A DNA stretch of 64,000 nucleotides from assembly GCA_965263035.1 (NCBI GenBank), contig OZ253580.1, positions 3,456,001 through 3,520,000 of the forward strand, read 5' to 3'. The notes below the pieces were generated by a model. It made no database searches. It saw only the letters and a list, made by a program, of their open reading frames with translations, and was not told where the DNA came from. Origin of the DNA: Acidobacteriota bacterium (lineage in GTDB: Bacteria; Acidobacteriota; UBA6911; RPQK01; JAJDTT01). Shown here piece by piece: positions 49,285-60,077 of this stretch (position 1 is the stretch's first letter; every line of letters starts with the position of its first letter). Made by a program: the position numbers and the translations under genes.

Positions 49285-50656
49285 CGAGGAGTTCCGGAAT
49301 GGGCTTCCCGGTCTTGTCCTCGAAGGAGTTGGCGATCTTTACGGGACGTCCGATGGGAGTCATGTACTCCTTGGTCCAGTCGATTCCCATCGCCTTGTAC
49401 ACGGTCGCGAAGATGTCTCCGATGGAAACCTCCCGCTCCGCCACATGGGCGCCCTTCTCGTCGCTGGCTCCGAGCACCTGACCCCCCTCAACTCCGCCTC
49501 CGGACATGAGCAACGTCCAGGCATGGGGCCAGTGGTCCCGTCCACCGCTGGCGTTGTGGTTCGGTGTCCGTCCGAACTCGCCCATGACGATGACCATCGT
49601 CGAGTCCAACATCCCTCTCTCGTCCAGGTCGACCAGCAGGGCGGACAGGGCCTGATCGAGCGGCGGAACCAACGCATCCTTGTGCTGCTTGTCGTTGTTC
49701 CCGTGCGTATCCCACTCGTTGAACTTGTAGCCGGCCGCCGTCACGAAACGGGATCCCCTTTCCGCCAGGCGCCGAGCCAGGAGCACGCTCTGGCCGAAGC
49801 CGTTTCTTCCGTAGGCGTTTCGGACCTTTTCCGGCTCCCGGGTCAGTTCGAACGCTTCCCGGACCTCCGGTGTCAGAATCATCTGCAGCGCCTTCTCACG
49901 GAACCCGTCCATGGCGTTGAACTCGGCCAATTCCACCTTCTTGCGGTAGGCGGAGTCGACCATCTGCAACATCGAAAGCCGGGACTCCAACCGCTCGACC
50001 GGCAATCCCTTGGGGAGGGTCAGATCCGCGACGGCGAAGTTGGGGTCGCAAACCGTGGTGATGTCCTTGAAGCTGCAACCCGTCGGGTCGCCCAGGATCA
50101 GGGGATCGTATTTCGCCCCCAAGTGCGCGCTCTTGAAGAGCTGCTCGTATTGCCGGTCCACGTCGAACTGGGGGGCCAGGACATACGGGGGCATGGTGTT
50201 TATCGGACCCAACTCCTTGGTGATGATGGAGCCGACGCTGGGGAACGCCATGGCCGCACTGGGACGATGCCCGGTGAGCACGTTGTGCGCGCCCTCGAGG
50301 TGATTGGCTTCCTCCGTGCGGACCGACCGGACGACGGCGATCTTGTCCATTTGCTGGGCGACGAGAGGACAGAGCTCCGTCACCTGAATCCCCGGAACGT
50401 TGGTGGAAATCGGCTTGAACGAACTGTTCGGCTTGGGATCGTAGGTGTCGATATGACTCGGTCCACCCTCCAGCCAGAGCAGGATGATCGATTTCGCCGT
50501 GGCCTCCTTCTCGATATCCACTCCCGCACTCGCCATCAGGCTCTTGAACTGAAGGTAATGCGTGAGGTTGGCTCCCAGCAGGCTGAGAGAGCCCAATCGC
50601 AAGAAGTCTCTTCGACTGGCGAGCCTGGCATCCAGGCAACCCACTTTTCTCAACAT
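49280..50656 (-). CDS. DUF1501 domain protein
   Basis: SRRDFLRLG, EGGPSHIDTYDPKP, LLARRLAERG, WDTH, GEFGRTP, GRDHWP. Confidence 0.92.
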   Translation of the reverse strand: MLRKVGCLDARLASRRDFLRLGSLSLLGANLTHYLQFKSLMASAGVDIEKEATAKSIILLWLEGGPSHIDTYDPKPNSSFKPISTNVPGIQVTELCPLVAQQMDKIAVVRSVRTEEANHLEGAHNVLTGHRPSAAMAFPSVGSIITKELGPINTMPPYVLAPQFDVDRQYEQLFKSAHLGAKYDPLILGDPTGCSFKDITTVCDPNFAVADLTLPKGLPVERLESRLSMLQMVDSAYRKKVELAEFNAMDGFREKALQMILTPEVREAFELTREPEKVRNAYGRNGFGQSVLLARRLAERGSRFVTAAGYKFNEWDTHGNNDKQHKDALVPPLDQALSALLVDLDERGMLDSTMVIVMGEFGRTPNHNASGGRDHWPHAWTLLMSGGGVEGGQVLGASDEKGAHVAEREVSIGDIFATVYKAMGIDWTKEYMTPIGRPVKIANSFEDKTGKPIPELLG

Positions 50657-50700
50657 CGTTGGCTTCTCCTTTTGCGACTTCGCAAAAAGCCTATAGGCGC

Positions 50701-53298
50701 TCAATGGTTATACGCGAACTCCCGGGAACTGATCAAAGCCCAGGTCAGATCCTGCAGGGTCGTCTTCCGGGACGGGCTCTCCTCGAGCAAACGCTCCAGG
50801 CGATCGAATTCATCCTGGCTCGGAAGTCTGGTAAACGCCAGCAGATAAAGTTCTTCCACGATCTCTCTATTGGAGCGGCCGCTCCGGATCATCTGGTCCA
50901 GCCGTCCGCCTTCGCGTCCCAGTTTTTCGTTGTAGGTCCGTCCCGAAAAGGAGTGCAGGGCCTGCAGCAGGGTGGGGCCGGTCCGGTTCGGCTTACCGGC
51001 CCGGTCGTAGCGGCCATGGACTTCCATGAACATGCTGTGGTCGATGGACCAATTCTTCAGGTTCATGGCCCGGGTTCCCACCGGCTCATGACCTCTCGTC
51101 GTATCCAGGTACTCCTCGTCGGTCACTCCGGTCACGAAAGAGATGGCATCGAGGAACAGCTCGGCGTCCAGCGGCCGGGGTTGGAAGTGGGAGTAGTTCG
51201 TGGTGTCGTGCCGGTTCGTCTCGTTGGGGACCGAAGTCAGTTGATAGGCTCGTGAGCGGACGATGGTCCGGATCAGTTTCTTCAGATCGTGCCCCTGGTT
51301 CCTGAAGTCATCAGCCAGGGCGGTGAGCAGATCCGGGTGCGAGGGGGGATTGGTGGACCGGAAGTCGTCCACCGGATCAACGATCCCTCGCCCGAAGAAA
51401 TAACTCCAAATCCGGTTCACCGTTGCTTCCGCGAAGTGGGGATGTTCGGTGATCCATTCCGCTAGGGCCATCCGCGGATCGAACTGCCTTTCCGGGGGGA
51501 GAGGGGTGCCGTCGGGCAAGGTCGCTTTCACTTCTTTCTTGGTGCGCGGATGAATGACCTTGGCGACATCCTCGGACTGGCCCCAGGCATAGTCCCGGCC
51601 GGCGGGGTTGTCGAAGATCACCATGTCGGACTCGTCAGACCATCCGACTTGAACCAAGCTGCCGAAGAACGCCGTCAGCCCCCAGAACTGGTCCTGGCTC
51701 CAACTGTCGAAGGGGTGGTTGTGACACTGAGCGCAATCCAGCCGGCGGCCTATGAAGAGTCGGATCTGCTCTCCCATCACCTGTTGGGGACCGGTGGGAT
51801 CGTTCTCGGTGGCGAACCTGGAGAAGTGCCGGGAGGGCCCGTCCCATCCCTGCGCGGAGATCCGTTCCCGAGCCATCTGGTCGTAGGGTTTTCCATCGAT
51901 GACGCTGTCTCGGATCCATTCCCAATACGCCGCGTTGAACTCGGTCGTGCCGCCGTTCACAAGGCGTCCCACTCGAAAGAGCTGGGAAAATCGGTACGTC
52001 CAGTAGTCGACGTATTCGGGGGAGTCCAGCAGCGTCTCGATCAGTTTATCCCGCTTCTGCGGGTCCTGCGAGGCCAGGAATTCGCGGACGCGGTTGGGCG
52101 GCGGCAGCGTGCCGGCCAAATCGAGGCACACGCGCCTCAGAAACTCGGCGTCGCTCGAAAGGTCGGAAGGAACGATGTTGAAGCGCCGGAGTTTGCCGAA
52201 GACGTATTCGTCGACGTAGTTCTTTTCGGGTACGGACGGATAGTTCGGAATCAGGTCCGTGATCACACCGGCGAGAGCGCTGACCGCGTGGCCCGCAGCC
52301 CGGATCATGATCGCCGTCTCTCCTTTGCCGACCGCCTTCACCGTCCCGTCGCCGCCCACGCTTACGATCGAGGGATTGATGGAGGAGTAGAGCACCTGGT
52401 CGCTGATATCCTCGCTCCGCCCGTCCGAAAGGTGAGCCATCACGACCAATTGCTGGGTTCCTCCCGGCTCCAGCACGAACTTCCTCGGGAACACCTCCAC
52501 GCCGTCGACTCCGGCGGCGCTGTTATCCGTTTCCTCGCCGAAGGGGGCCCCCGCCTGAATCCAACCCAGTATGGTCCGGTAATCGGGAGAGTCGAGGGAA
52601 AACTTGGGCCCGCCGCCGTGAGCCATGGCCATGGTCGGCTTCAACAGCAGCAGGCTCTTCTCCGGTTCCTTCAAGTCGATCCGGGGAACCTTCGGGTCGT
52701 CCGACTTGTCCGTGAGGACATGGAAGGTGCCGCCCTCCAGGATCCACTTGTAGTCGTCCTCGGGGTAGAGGGAGTTCTGCGAGAGCTTGAATCCGCCCTG
52801 CCCCTTGACGCTGCCGTGGCAGTCGGTGCTGTTGCACCCGTGTTTGGTGAGAATCGAGCCGACGTCCCGGGTAAAACTGAAGGTCTTCTCCCGGACCAGG
52901 TCCTGGACCCGGATCGCTGCTTCTGCGGCGTGGCCCTCGAGCTCAACCCGGACTCGCGTCTCGCCCTGGGAGACGCCGACGATTCGGGAAGATCCCTCGA
53001 TCTTGGCGACCTCGTCGTCCGCCACGTCGAAACTGCTACGCGACGTCACGTCTCGTTGCAGCCCGTCGGAGAAGGTGCCGAGCACCACGAATCGCTGTGA
53101 AGGATCCGCTCCCCTCAGGTCCACATCATCGGGGAACATTTCGATGGAGACGAGGGTCAGGGCGTGGCTGCTGGCCGGCCGCAACGGCTCTCCCTGGGGA
53201 GAGGCCGCCGACAGGCCCAGGACGACGGCCAGCACCAACAGCATGACCGTTGGTGATCCGTCGAAGCCGGTCGCAAATTTCAGCTTTTCCAGTCTCAC
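50701..53298 (-). CDS. Ig-like + DUF1549 + DUF1553 domain protein
   Basis: GCNSTDCHG..GGFKLS, HGGG, EFLRRVCLDLAG.LP, CAQCHNHP, VNRIW..GRGIVDPVDDFR. Confidence 0.9.
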   Translation of the reverse strand: MRLEKLKFATGFDGSPTVMLLVLAVVLGLSAASPQGEPLRPASSHALTLVSIEMFPDDVDLRGADPSQRFVVLGTFSDGLQRDVTSRSSFDVADDEVAKIEGSSRIVGVSQGETRVRVELEGHAAEAAIRVQDLVREKTFSFTRDVGSILTKHGCNSTDCHGSVKGQGGFKLSQNSLYPEDDYKWILEGGTFHVLTDKSDDPKVPRIDLKEPEKSLLLLKPTMAMAHGGGPKFSLDSPDYRTILGWIQAGAPFGEETDNSAAGVDGVEVFPRKFVLEPGGTQQLVVMAHLSDGRSEDISDQVLYSSINPSIVSVGGDGTVKAVGKGETAIMIRAAGHAVSALAGVITDLIPNYPSVPEKNYVDEYVFGKLRRFNIVPSDLSSDAEFLRRVCLDLAGTLPPPNRVREFLASQDPQKRDKLIETLLDSPEYVDYWTYRFSQLFRVGRLVNGGTTEFNAAYWEWIRDSVIDGKPYDQMARERISAQGWDGPSRHFSRFATENDPTGPQQVMGEQIRLFIGRRLDCAQCHNHPFDSWSQDQFWGLTAFFGSLVQVGWSDESDMVIFDNPAGRDYAWGQSEDVAKVIHPRTKKEVKATLPDGTPLPPERQFDPRMALAEWITEHPHFAEATVNRIWSYFFGRGIVDPVDDFRSTNPPSHPDLLTALADDFRNQGHDLKKLIRTIVRSRAYQLTSVPNETNRHDTTNYSHFQPRPLDAELFLDAISFVTGVTDEEYLDTTRGHEPVGTRAMNLKNWSIDHSMFMEVHGRYDRAGKPNRTGPTLLQALHSFSGRTYNEKLGREGGRLDQMIRSGRSNREIVEELYLLAFTRLPSQDEFDRLERLLEESPSRKTTLQDLTWALISSREFAYNH

Positions 53299-53319
53299 GG
53301 TGCCTTTTCCTGGGAACTC

Positions 53320-55179
53320 CTACCGCTTTGAGGCGAGCTGTTGCTTTTCCTCATTTCCATCCACCAGCAGAGGGAGCGTGGCGATGGCGAAAGCCTCGCC
53401 CATTTTGCCCCCCTTGACGGGCCGGGCCGTCAAATCGATGAGCCAGGGGCTGCGTGACGGCAAGGCGTTGGAATCGGCCAGCAGCGCGACTGTGGCCTTC
53501 TGGTTGGATGCCCGGTAACGTTTCTGATCCTTCAATGGGGGCAAGTCCTCCGTCGACCGGCTCTGCTTCGGGCTCGCAACCACCGGAAACGCCTTCACGC
53601 CGGCTGGAAGGTTTTCGACGCTGAGCAGGACTTCGCCTTGGAATCCCTCTTCCAGATCCACCGACAGTTCCAGCGTACTCACCTGTCCCGGAGTGACCCG
53701 AACGTGATCTTCTTCGGGACGGATCGCTCCGACATGTGGAACCTGGTCCCGGACCAGCAGTCTGTACCTGAAATCGGAGCCTCCCTTCCGGGACGTTATG
53801 TCGCGAAGCTGGAGGATGTACTCGCCTCCCTTTTCGAAGCTGTAGGTGGTCTTGGCCTCCAGGTACTTGACGACGAAGTTCCCGCTCCTGCCCCAGACTT
53901 TATTGAGGTTTTCGACGACTTCCTCGCCGTCGGCGCTCATGACCTTCATCCAGGGGACGAAATAAGAGGGTTTCCTGAGCGGGGTCTCGATCTCGAAGGC
54001 CACGAGAGCTCCGTCGGGCACCTTGAATTTGAAGGTGTCGATGTCACCCGGCCCTCCGATGACCCCTTCCAGAGCCGCGGGGATGGCCCCCACGTCGAGG
54101 GCTTGACCCGACTGGTCATTCGGCTCCTGCTCGGTGAACGATTCGAACGAGATGCCTCCGCCGGAAGCCTCATTCGAATCCTCTCGGACGCTCCGGGCCT
54201 GGAGTCTCTCGATCCAATCCGCCTCGATCTTCCGGGCGAAGTCCCGTTCGGATACCATGGGCACGAGGGACTGGGGAGCTTCTCCCGCCCAGGTCCATTT
54301 CAGGGGGCCCTCATGGGCCGGCCGATCGGGTTCGAAGGCACAGGATGTCTCCTCGGAACTCCCGCCGGGTAAGACCTTCAACTGGTAGCCGGGATTTTCG
54401 AACATCCCGACCTTGCCCGAGACCTCTGCCACGGCCAGGAAGAATTCGCCGTCCCGGGGGAATCTGTAAGCCAAAGTCGGCCGATGCTGCATGTGGTCAT
54501 TGATGACCAACCGATGATCGCGGTCGGGATCGAACCAACTGCCTCCCCGCTCATGGATACTCAGCTTCGGCCGCATCGTCCAAAGGCCGAGCGGAGCGGT
54601 ACTCGAAAAGAAGTCCACTTGGAAACAGAGGACCTGGTCTTGAGTTGCCTGCAAGCGATAGTAGTCCACCTCGCCCAGCTCCGGCAGCCTGCCCTGAACC
54701 ACGGAAGGAAAGGAGTCGATGGGTTGGGCGGTGTCCAACTCATTGTGTTTGGTGCCGATTTCGCGAACGTTGGGCTCGGACGTGACGCGGAACCTCAGGG
54801 GATTGGATATTCCGCCGGGGGTCACAGCCCGAAAGTAATGGGCTCCCAATTCGGCGTCGGGGGCGATGCGAACCTTTAGGAGCGCCCGGTATTTCCCCTG
54901 ATAGGGATCGGCCTCGGAGCCGTTCTCCTGGTCGGCGCCGTCTTTCTTGGCTTCCTCGGTCCGTTCCAGATTCAGGATCTCCGCCTCCACCTGATCGCAA
55001 TAGAACCAAGCCACCTGAAGCGGGTCCAGAAACTTGCCGCGAAGCTCGACTTCGAGCGTCTCCCCGGCCTGTCCTCCCAGGGGATACAGGGAGATCAGCT
55101 TGGGCCTGGCGGGTGGATCCGCGGCTTCGAGTTGAACTGAAAGGAAAGCCAGAATCAGAAGAGCTGGAATGGACCGCAT
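53320..55179 (-). CDS. Exported PPC-domain protein of a DUF1549/DUF1501 operon
   Basis: Signal peptide; SLYPLGGQAG, GISNPLRF, EVDYYR, EQEPND, GDIDTFKF. Confidence 0.8.
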   Translation of the reverse strand: MRSIPALLILAFLSVQLEAADPPARPKLISLYPLGGQAGETLEVELRGKFLDPLQVAWFYCDQVEAEILNLERTEEAKKDGADQENGSEADPYQGKYRALLKVRIAPDAELGAHYFRAVTPGGISNPLRFRVTSEPNVREIGTKHNELDTAQPIDSFPSVVQGRLPELGEVDYYRLQATQDQVLCFQVDFFSSTAPLGLWTMRPKLSIHERGGSWFDPDRDHRLVINDHMQHRPTLAYRFPRDGEFFLAVAEVSGKVGMFENPGYQLKVLPGGSSEETSCAFEPDRPAHEGPLKWTWAGEAPQSLVPMVSERDFARKIEADWIERLQARSVREDSNEASGGGISFESFTEQEPNDQSGQALDVGAIPAALEGVIGGPGDIDTFKFKVPDGALVAFEIETPLRKPSYFVPWMKVMSADGEEVVENLNKVWGRSGNFVVKYLEAKTTYSFEKGGEYILQLRDITSRKGGSDFRYRLLVRDQVPHVGAIRPEEDHVRVTPGQVSTLELSVDLEEGFQGEVLLSVENLPAGVKAFPVVASPKQSRSTEDLPPLKDQKRYRASNQKATVALLADSNALPSRSPWLIDLTARPVKGGKMGEAFAIATLPLLVDGNEEKQQLASKR

Positions 55180-55420
55180 AAAAGGGATCTCCGCACACGT
55201 ACGAATGGGCGAAATTGTATATCAGCAGCCGTGGGGAAAACAAGGAGGGGCGTCCGGCGTCAAATCCCGCATCCCGGCGGCTGGATATCCAGCGTCGCGG
55301 CCTTCCCGACGCAGGCTTGATTCCGTCGCCGACAGCCGGGCCGGAGAATGGGTGCGGTCACCGCTCACCGGGGGCCGCCTCCCCAATGGGATCTCCCATA
55401 GGGAGATTGCAATACTGAAC

Positions 55421-55670
55421 AAATAAAGGCGAACCGCTGGAAATAAGAAAGATAATTAGAGGTATAAATATAATTTTATTAATATTTTAGTGTTACATTT
55501 ATTTATGTATTTAAAGAGAGGACAGGAAAATTGACACTTCGCGTCCGGAGAGCTTCTTCAGATTCGATCCCAACGATGCCCCATCGAATTTAATTTAAGT
55601 ATGGACTAAATTATATTTAGATGTAGACTCGCTTATCGAATAGTATCATAACCACATTGATTATTGTCTG
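55421..55670. promoter_or_regulatory. Very AT-rich intergenic tract upstream of the PPC-DUF1549-DUF1501 operon (probable promoter region)
   Basis: 55441-55515 is almost all A/T in a GC-rich genome; TACAT-N6-ATGTA inverted repeat at 55494-55509; TTGACA at 55531. Confidence 0.4.
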
Positions 55671-55672
55671 TC

Positions 55673-56686
55673 TCAGCATTCCAGGCGGTAGATTCGCTGG
55701 ACGTTCCCTCCGAGGATAAGTCTCAGATCCTCCTGGGACATGTAGGGGCAGTTGTTTTGCAGGTAGTGAAACCGCCGGGAGTACTCGGCTGGACTACGGA
55801 GGCCCGTCTTGACGAATTCCGAACCCCAGGCCAGCCGCCTGGGACCGAAGTTGTCGTAGAAGCTCTTGAGGACTTCGTCGTTGGGTCCATAGTTCAGGTG
55901 CACCGGCAGAACGCCAAGGATCACGTTGTGTTCCTTGACCAGTCGGATGGCCGTTTCCGGGATCTTGACCGAGTTGTCCGGCTGCAGGCAGGGCTGGGGC
56001 GGGATGCCATGGACGATCATGACCGGAAGGTCGGGAAATTTCTTGAGTAGCCGCAGGAGAATGGGCCACAGACTCTCGAAATTCGTTTCGTAGCCGATGG
56101 AGGGACTGCCGGTGTAAGTAACGAAGGAGACGGGAATGTTCAGTGAGGTCACCGCCTTCCACAAGGGTTCGTACTTGGAAGTGGCCAGGTTATCGTGACC
56201 ATCGGAGCCCGGAGGAGGATCGTAGTACAAGCCTCGGAACCCCCAATCTCCGACGTAATGGTGAAGCTTGTCTATTTGTTCACTCGTGTACGCCTTCCGC
56301 TCGTCGAGCTTGCACACGGCAATGAATCGGTCCGGGAACTCTCGCAGGACTCGGGCTTGATACTTGTTGGCCCACACTCTGAGAGTGTGAAGCACTGCCA
56401 TGTCCACACCGGTTGCATCCATCGCTTCAATCAGTTCGCGGGCAGAAAGCCCGAGTTTGGAGTTGGTGATCTCGAAGATGCTGCGATCCAGCTGTGGATT
56501 GTAGCCCTCCAGGAGATCCTCGGGCTTCAGGGCGCCTACGTGTCCATGGTTATCGATGACCAGGGTAGGTTTCCGAGCAGGCTCTTCAGGAGACGCCCCT
56601 GTCGTGAATGACCTCCCGTACATCGCAGGGGTGAGGAAAGCGGTCCCGAGAAACCTGCGGCGGTTCCATCCCGGTTTGGGTTTCAT
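55673..56686 (-). CDS. Tat-exported amidohydrolase family protein
   Basis: NRRRFLG Tat motif; IDNHGHV, MDATGVDMAVL, PDRFIA, FGPRRLAWGSEF, ILGGN. Confidence 0.85.
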   Translation of the reverse strand: MKPKPGWNRRRFLGTAFLTPAMYGRSFTTGASPEEPARKPTLVIDNHGHVGALKPEDLLEGYNPQLDRSIFEITNSKLGLSARELIEAMDATGVDMAVLHTLRVWANKYQARVLREFPDRFIAVCKLDERKAYTSEQIDKLHHYVGDWGFRGLYYDPPPGSDGHDNLATSKYEPLWKAVTSLNIPVSFVTYTGSPSIGYETNFESLWPILLRLLKKFPDLPVMIVHGIPPQPCLQPDNSVKIPETAIRLVKEHNVILGVLPVHLNYGPNDEVLKSFYDNFGPRRLAWGSEFVKTGLRSPAEYSRRFHYLQNNCPYMSQEDLRLILGGNVQRIYRLEC

Positions 56687-56969
56687 GTTCTGGTCTCCTT
56701 GAATGGTTGGACTCCCTTCCCGTTCGTCACCGGTTCGGACACCACGTAAAATCCTGCTGCCATGGGCCATGGGCCATGGCCACTACGCCTCTGGGAAGAT
56801 GGCGAACTGTTGGTTCAGGCTCCACTTTATTCTGCGGCATGAAGGCGCACTTCACCAGAGGTCCACTGGAAGACGCAGACCACCGTGTCGTCACGCTGCA
56901 CTCTTCTCTTCTTCCCGGTTCGAGGAGGTTCTGGTAAAATCGCGGAAAATCCATATCGTTGAGCGACTT

Positions 56970-59900
56970 ATGCTGATTTATCGACGGTGGTATTCGGGAC
57001 TGGTTCTGCTCTCCCTCGCGCTCTTCGCCGCTCCTGGCCTGGGTCAGAACCAACCGGCCGGAACCCTGGATTTCAAGCGGGACATCGAGCCCATCTTCAG
57101 CCAGCGGTGCCACCATTGCCACGGTCCCGCTCAGGCCGCCGGTGGACTGCGTCTCGATGTCCGGGAATCGGCCCTGAAGGGCGGCGCCTCAGGTCCCGCG
57201 ATCGTGCCGGGCGACAGCTCGGGCAGCCGGCTGATTCAACTGGTCTCGGGAACCGGCGGCATGATCATGCCGCTTCAAGGCGAACCTCTGAGCTCCGACC
57301 TGGTCGACCGGCTTCGCGCCTGGATCGATGAGGGAGCCCCCTGGCCGGCGGAGAATTCCGGCGGCGACGCCGACCTGCAGGCGGGAGCGAACGGACACTG
57401 GTCGTTTCAGGAAATCGGCGACCCGGCAGTCCCAAAGGCGGGAAACTCGGACTGGGTCCGGAATCCCATCGACTCGTTCGTGCTCGAAGCTCTGGATAAA
57501 CGAGGACTCCAGCCGTCGTCCCGCGCTTCACGGGAGACTCTGGTCCGCAGGCTGCACCTGGACCTGCTGGGACTCCCTCCCACTCCCGCCGAGGTGGAGG
57601 CGTTCGTGAACGGCCCGCTTCCCAACGCCTACGAGCGTCTGGTCCGGCAGTTGCTCGCCTCTCCTCATTTCGGGGAGCGCTGGGCGCGTCACTGGTTGGA
57701 CCTGGCTCGCTACGCCGACAGCGACGGATTCGAGAAGGATCGTCCCCGCCCCCACGCCTGGCGTTACCGGGAGTGGGTCATCCAGGCCATCAATCGGGAC
57801 CTCCCCTACGATCGATTCGTCATCGAGCAGATGGCCGGAGATCTGCTGCCGGATGCCGGAACGGAACAGCGCGTGGCGACCGGGTTTCACCGCAACACGC
57901 TCACCAACCGCGAGGGGGGAGTCGACAAGGAACAGTTCCGGATCGAACAGATCGTGGATCGGACCAACACCACGGCCTCCGTCTTTTTGGGGTTGACCGT
58001 GGCGTGCGCCCAGTGCCACGACCACAAGTACGATCCGCTTTCTCAGCAGGAGTACTACGAGTTCTTCGCCTTTCTCAACGAGGCGGAGGAAAAGAACGTC
58101 CCGGCGACCCTGGAGCCGGAGCTGGCGGCCTATCGAAGGGCCAAGCGGGAATGGGACGTGAGACAGGAAATGCTCATCGGAAAGATGGAGGCGGAGAGAA
58201 ATCCTCTGGAGGAGGAACTGGCTCCGAGGCTGGCCGATTGGGAGGCTCGCAACCCGTATCCTCTGCTGGGGCAGTGGCAGGTGCTCGATCCCGTCAGCTT
58301 CACCACCACCGACTCCAAGGAGACCGAGCTGGTCAAGCAGGATGACGGCAGCCTGTTGGCCCGGGGGGACAATCCCGCTCACATCAACTACAAGATCGAG
58401 GTCAGGAGTTCGCTGGCCGGGATCACCGCGTTTCGAATCGAGGTTCTCAAGGACCCGACGCATCCGAATTCGGGTCCGGGCCGAGCCGCTAAAGGGGAAT
58501 TCGCCCTGTCGGAGGTGGTCATCGAGGCTTCGACAGGTGAAGCCGGCAAGGAGCCCCGGAAGCTGGAGATCGAGTCGGCCGTGGCCTTGCAGGAACTGGA
58601 CGGGTATGAGGTCTCCCGGGCGGTCGACGGGGAAGAGCAGACGGGGTGGTCGCCGGGTGGACTCGAGGGTCCCAACCACAACCGTCAGATCGTCGTGATC
58701 CTCAAGGAGGATGCCGGCTCGTCTTCCGGCGCCACCTTCAATTTCAGGTTGGAACAGCGCCTCGGCGACCATCGCACCATGGGCCGGTTCCGGCTCTCGG
58801 CGACGACGGCCTCAAGGCCGTCGTTGCAGTCCCTGGTCCCCATCGACGTGGAGCGAGTGCTGGCGCTGAAGCCGCAGGACCGGTCCGGCGAGCAGACGGC
58901 GTTGCTGTTGGACTACGCTGTCGATCAGCAGCCTCGGATGCGGGAATGGCACGCGGCTCTGGAAGGGCATCACAAAGCGATGCCGCAAGTCCCCGAGACG
59001 CTGGCGCAGACCATCGCGCAAAACGCGGATCCACCCAAGACCCACATTCACGTCCGGGGCGATTTCCTGCGCAAGGGCCGGCAGGTGATGCCGGGAATCC
59101 CAGGCGTTCTGCCTCCCTTGCGGTGGCGGGGAGAACGGCCGGACCGGCTCGATCTGGCCCGATGGATAATGGATCCCTCTCATCCGCTCACGGCCCGCGT
59201 GGAGGTCAATCGAATCTGGGAGAAGCTTTTCGGGAGAGGGCTCGTGGCGACCAGCGACGACTTCGGGACCCGTGGCGAGAAGCCTTCCCACCCGGAACTG
59301 CTGGACTGGCTGTCCCGCAAGTTCGTGGAGCTGGGTTGGAGCCGCAAGGATCTGATCGAGCTGATCGTCCTGTCCTCCACCTATCAGCAGTCCTCGCAGG
59401 TGGACCCCGAGCTTCTCCGGACCGATCCGAACAACGTCTGGCTGACCCGGCAGAATCGATTCCGCGTGGAGTCGGAAGTCACCCGGGACCTCTTCCTGGC
59501 CGTTGGAGGGCTGTTGGAACGCAGTGTGGGCGGCCGGAGCATTCGTCCGCCGCTGCCGAAAGACGTGGCGAAGGTAGGCTACAGCTCGGGGGTCAAATGG
59601 CCGGAAAGTCCGGGGGCAGAGAAGTTCCGCCGCGGGCTTTACATCCACTTTCAGCGCACCGTTCCGTACCCCATGCTCATGACCTTCGACAGTCCGGACT
59701 CCAACACCGCCTGTCTCCGGAGAACCCGGTCCAACACGCCGCTTCAGGCGCTGACGCTGCTGAACGATGACGTCTTCGTCGAGTGCGCCCGGTCGTTCGC
59801 CCAGAAGATCACCTCCGAGGTGAAGTCCACGGACGAGGATCGGCTTCGCTACGCATTTCGGAGGGCGTTGGCGAGAGAGCCGGACCCGGTCGAAATGAGC

Positions 59901-60074
59901 GTGCTGACGAAGCTGTTGGGCGATCAGGAACAGGTCTTCGCGGCAGGGGAAGGATCGGCCGCCAAGGTCGCGGGACCGGGATTCCCCGGCGAGTTGTCCC
60001 TGGAAGAGGCTGCCTCATGGACGACGGTGGCGCGCACCATCCTCAACTTGGACGAATTCGTCACTCGGGAGTAG
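56970..60074 (+). CDS. Planctomycete-type cytochrome c + DUF1549 + DUF1553 (PSD1) protein
   Basis: [79 protein letters not shown]; start uncertain. Confidence 0.92.
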   Translation: MLIYRRWYSGLVLLSLALFAAPGLGQNQPAGTLDFKRDIEPIFSQRCHHCHGPAQAAGGLRLDVRESALKGGASGPAIVPGDSSGSRLIQLVSGTGGMIMPLQGEPLSSDLVDRLRAWIDEGAPWPAENSGGDADLQAGANGHWSFQEIGDPAVPKAGNSDWVRNPIDSFVLEALDKRGLQPSSRASRETLVRRLHLDLLGLPPTPAEVEAFVNGPLPNAYERLVRQLLASPHFGERWARHWLDLARYADSDGFEKDRPRPHAWRYREWVIQAINRDLPYDRFVIEQMAGDLLPDAGTEQRVATGFHRNTLTNREGGVDKEQFRIEQIVDRTNTTASVFLGLTVACAQCHDHKYDPLSQQEYYEFFAFLNEAEEKNVPATLEPELAAYRRAKREWDVRQEMLIGKMEAERNPLEEELAPRLADWEARNPYPLLGQWQVLDPVSFTTTDSKETELVKQDDGSLLARGDNPAHINYKIEVRSSLAGITAFRIEVLKDPTHPNSGPGRAAKGEFALSEVVIEASTGEAGKEPRKLEIESAVALQELDGYEVSRAVDGEEQTGWSPGGLEGPNHNRQIVVILKEDAGSSSGATFNFRLEQRLGDHRTMGRFRLSATTASRPSLQSLVPIDVERVLALKPQDRSGEQTALLLDYAVDQQPRMREWHAALEGHHKAMPQVPETLAQTIAQNADPPKTHIHVRGDFLRKGRQVMPGIPGVLPPLRWRGERPDRLDLARWIMDPSHPLTARVEVNRIWEKLFGRGLVATSDDFGTRGEKPSHPELLDWLSRKFVELGWSRKDLIELIVLSSTYQQSSQVDPELLRTDPNNVWLTRQNRFRVESEVTRDLFLAVGGLLERSVGGRSIRPPLPKDVAKVGYSSGVKWPESPGAEKFRRGLYIHFQRTVPYPMLMTFDSPDSNTACLRRTRSNTPLQALTLLNDDVFVECARSFAQKITSEVKSTDEDRLRYAFRRALAREPDPVEMSVLTKLLGDQEQVFAAGEGSAAKVAGPGFPGELSLEEAASWTTVARTILNLDEFVTRE

Positions 60075-60077
60075 GAC

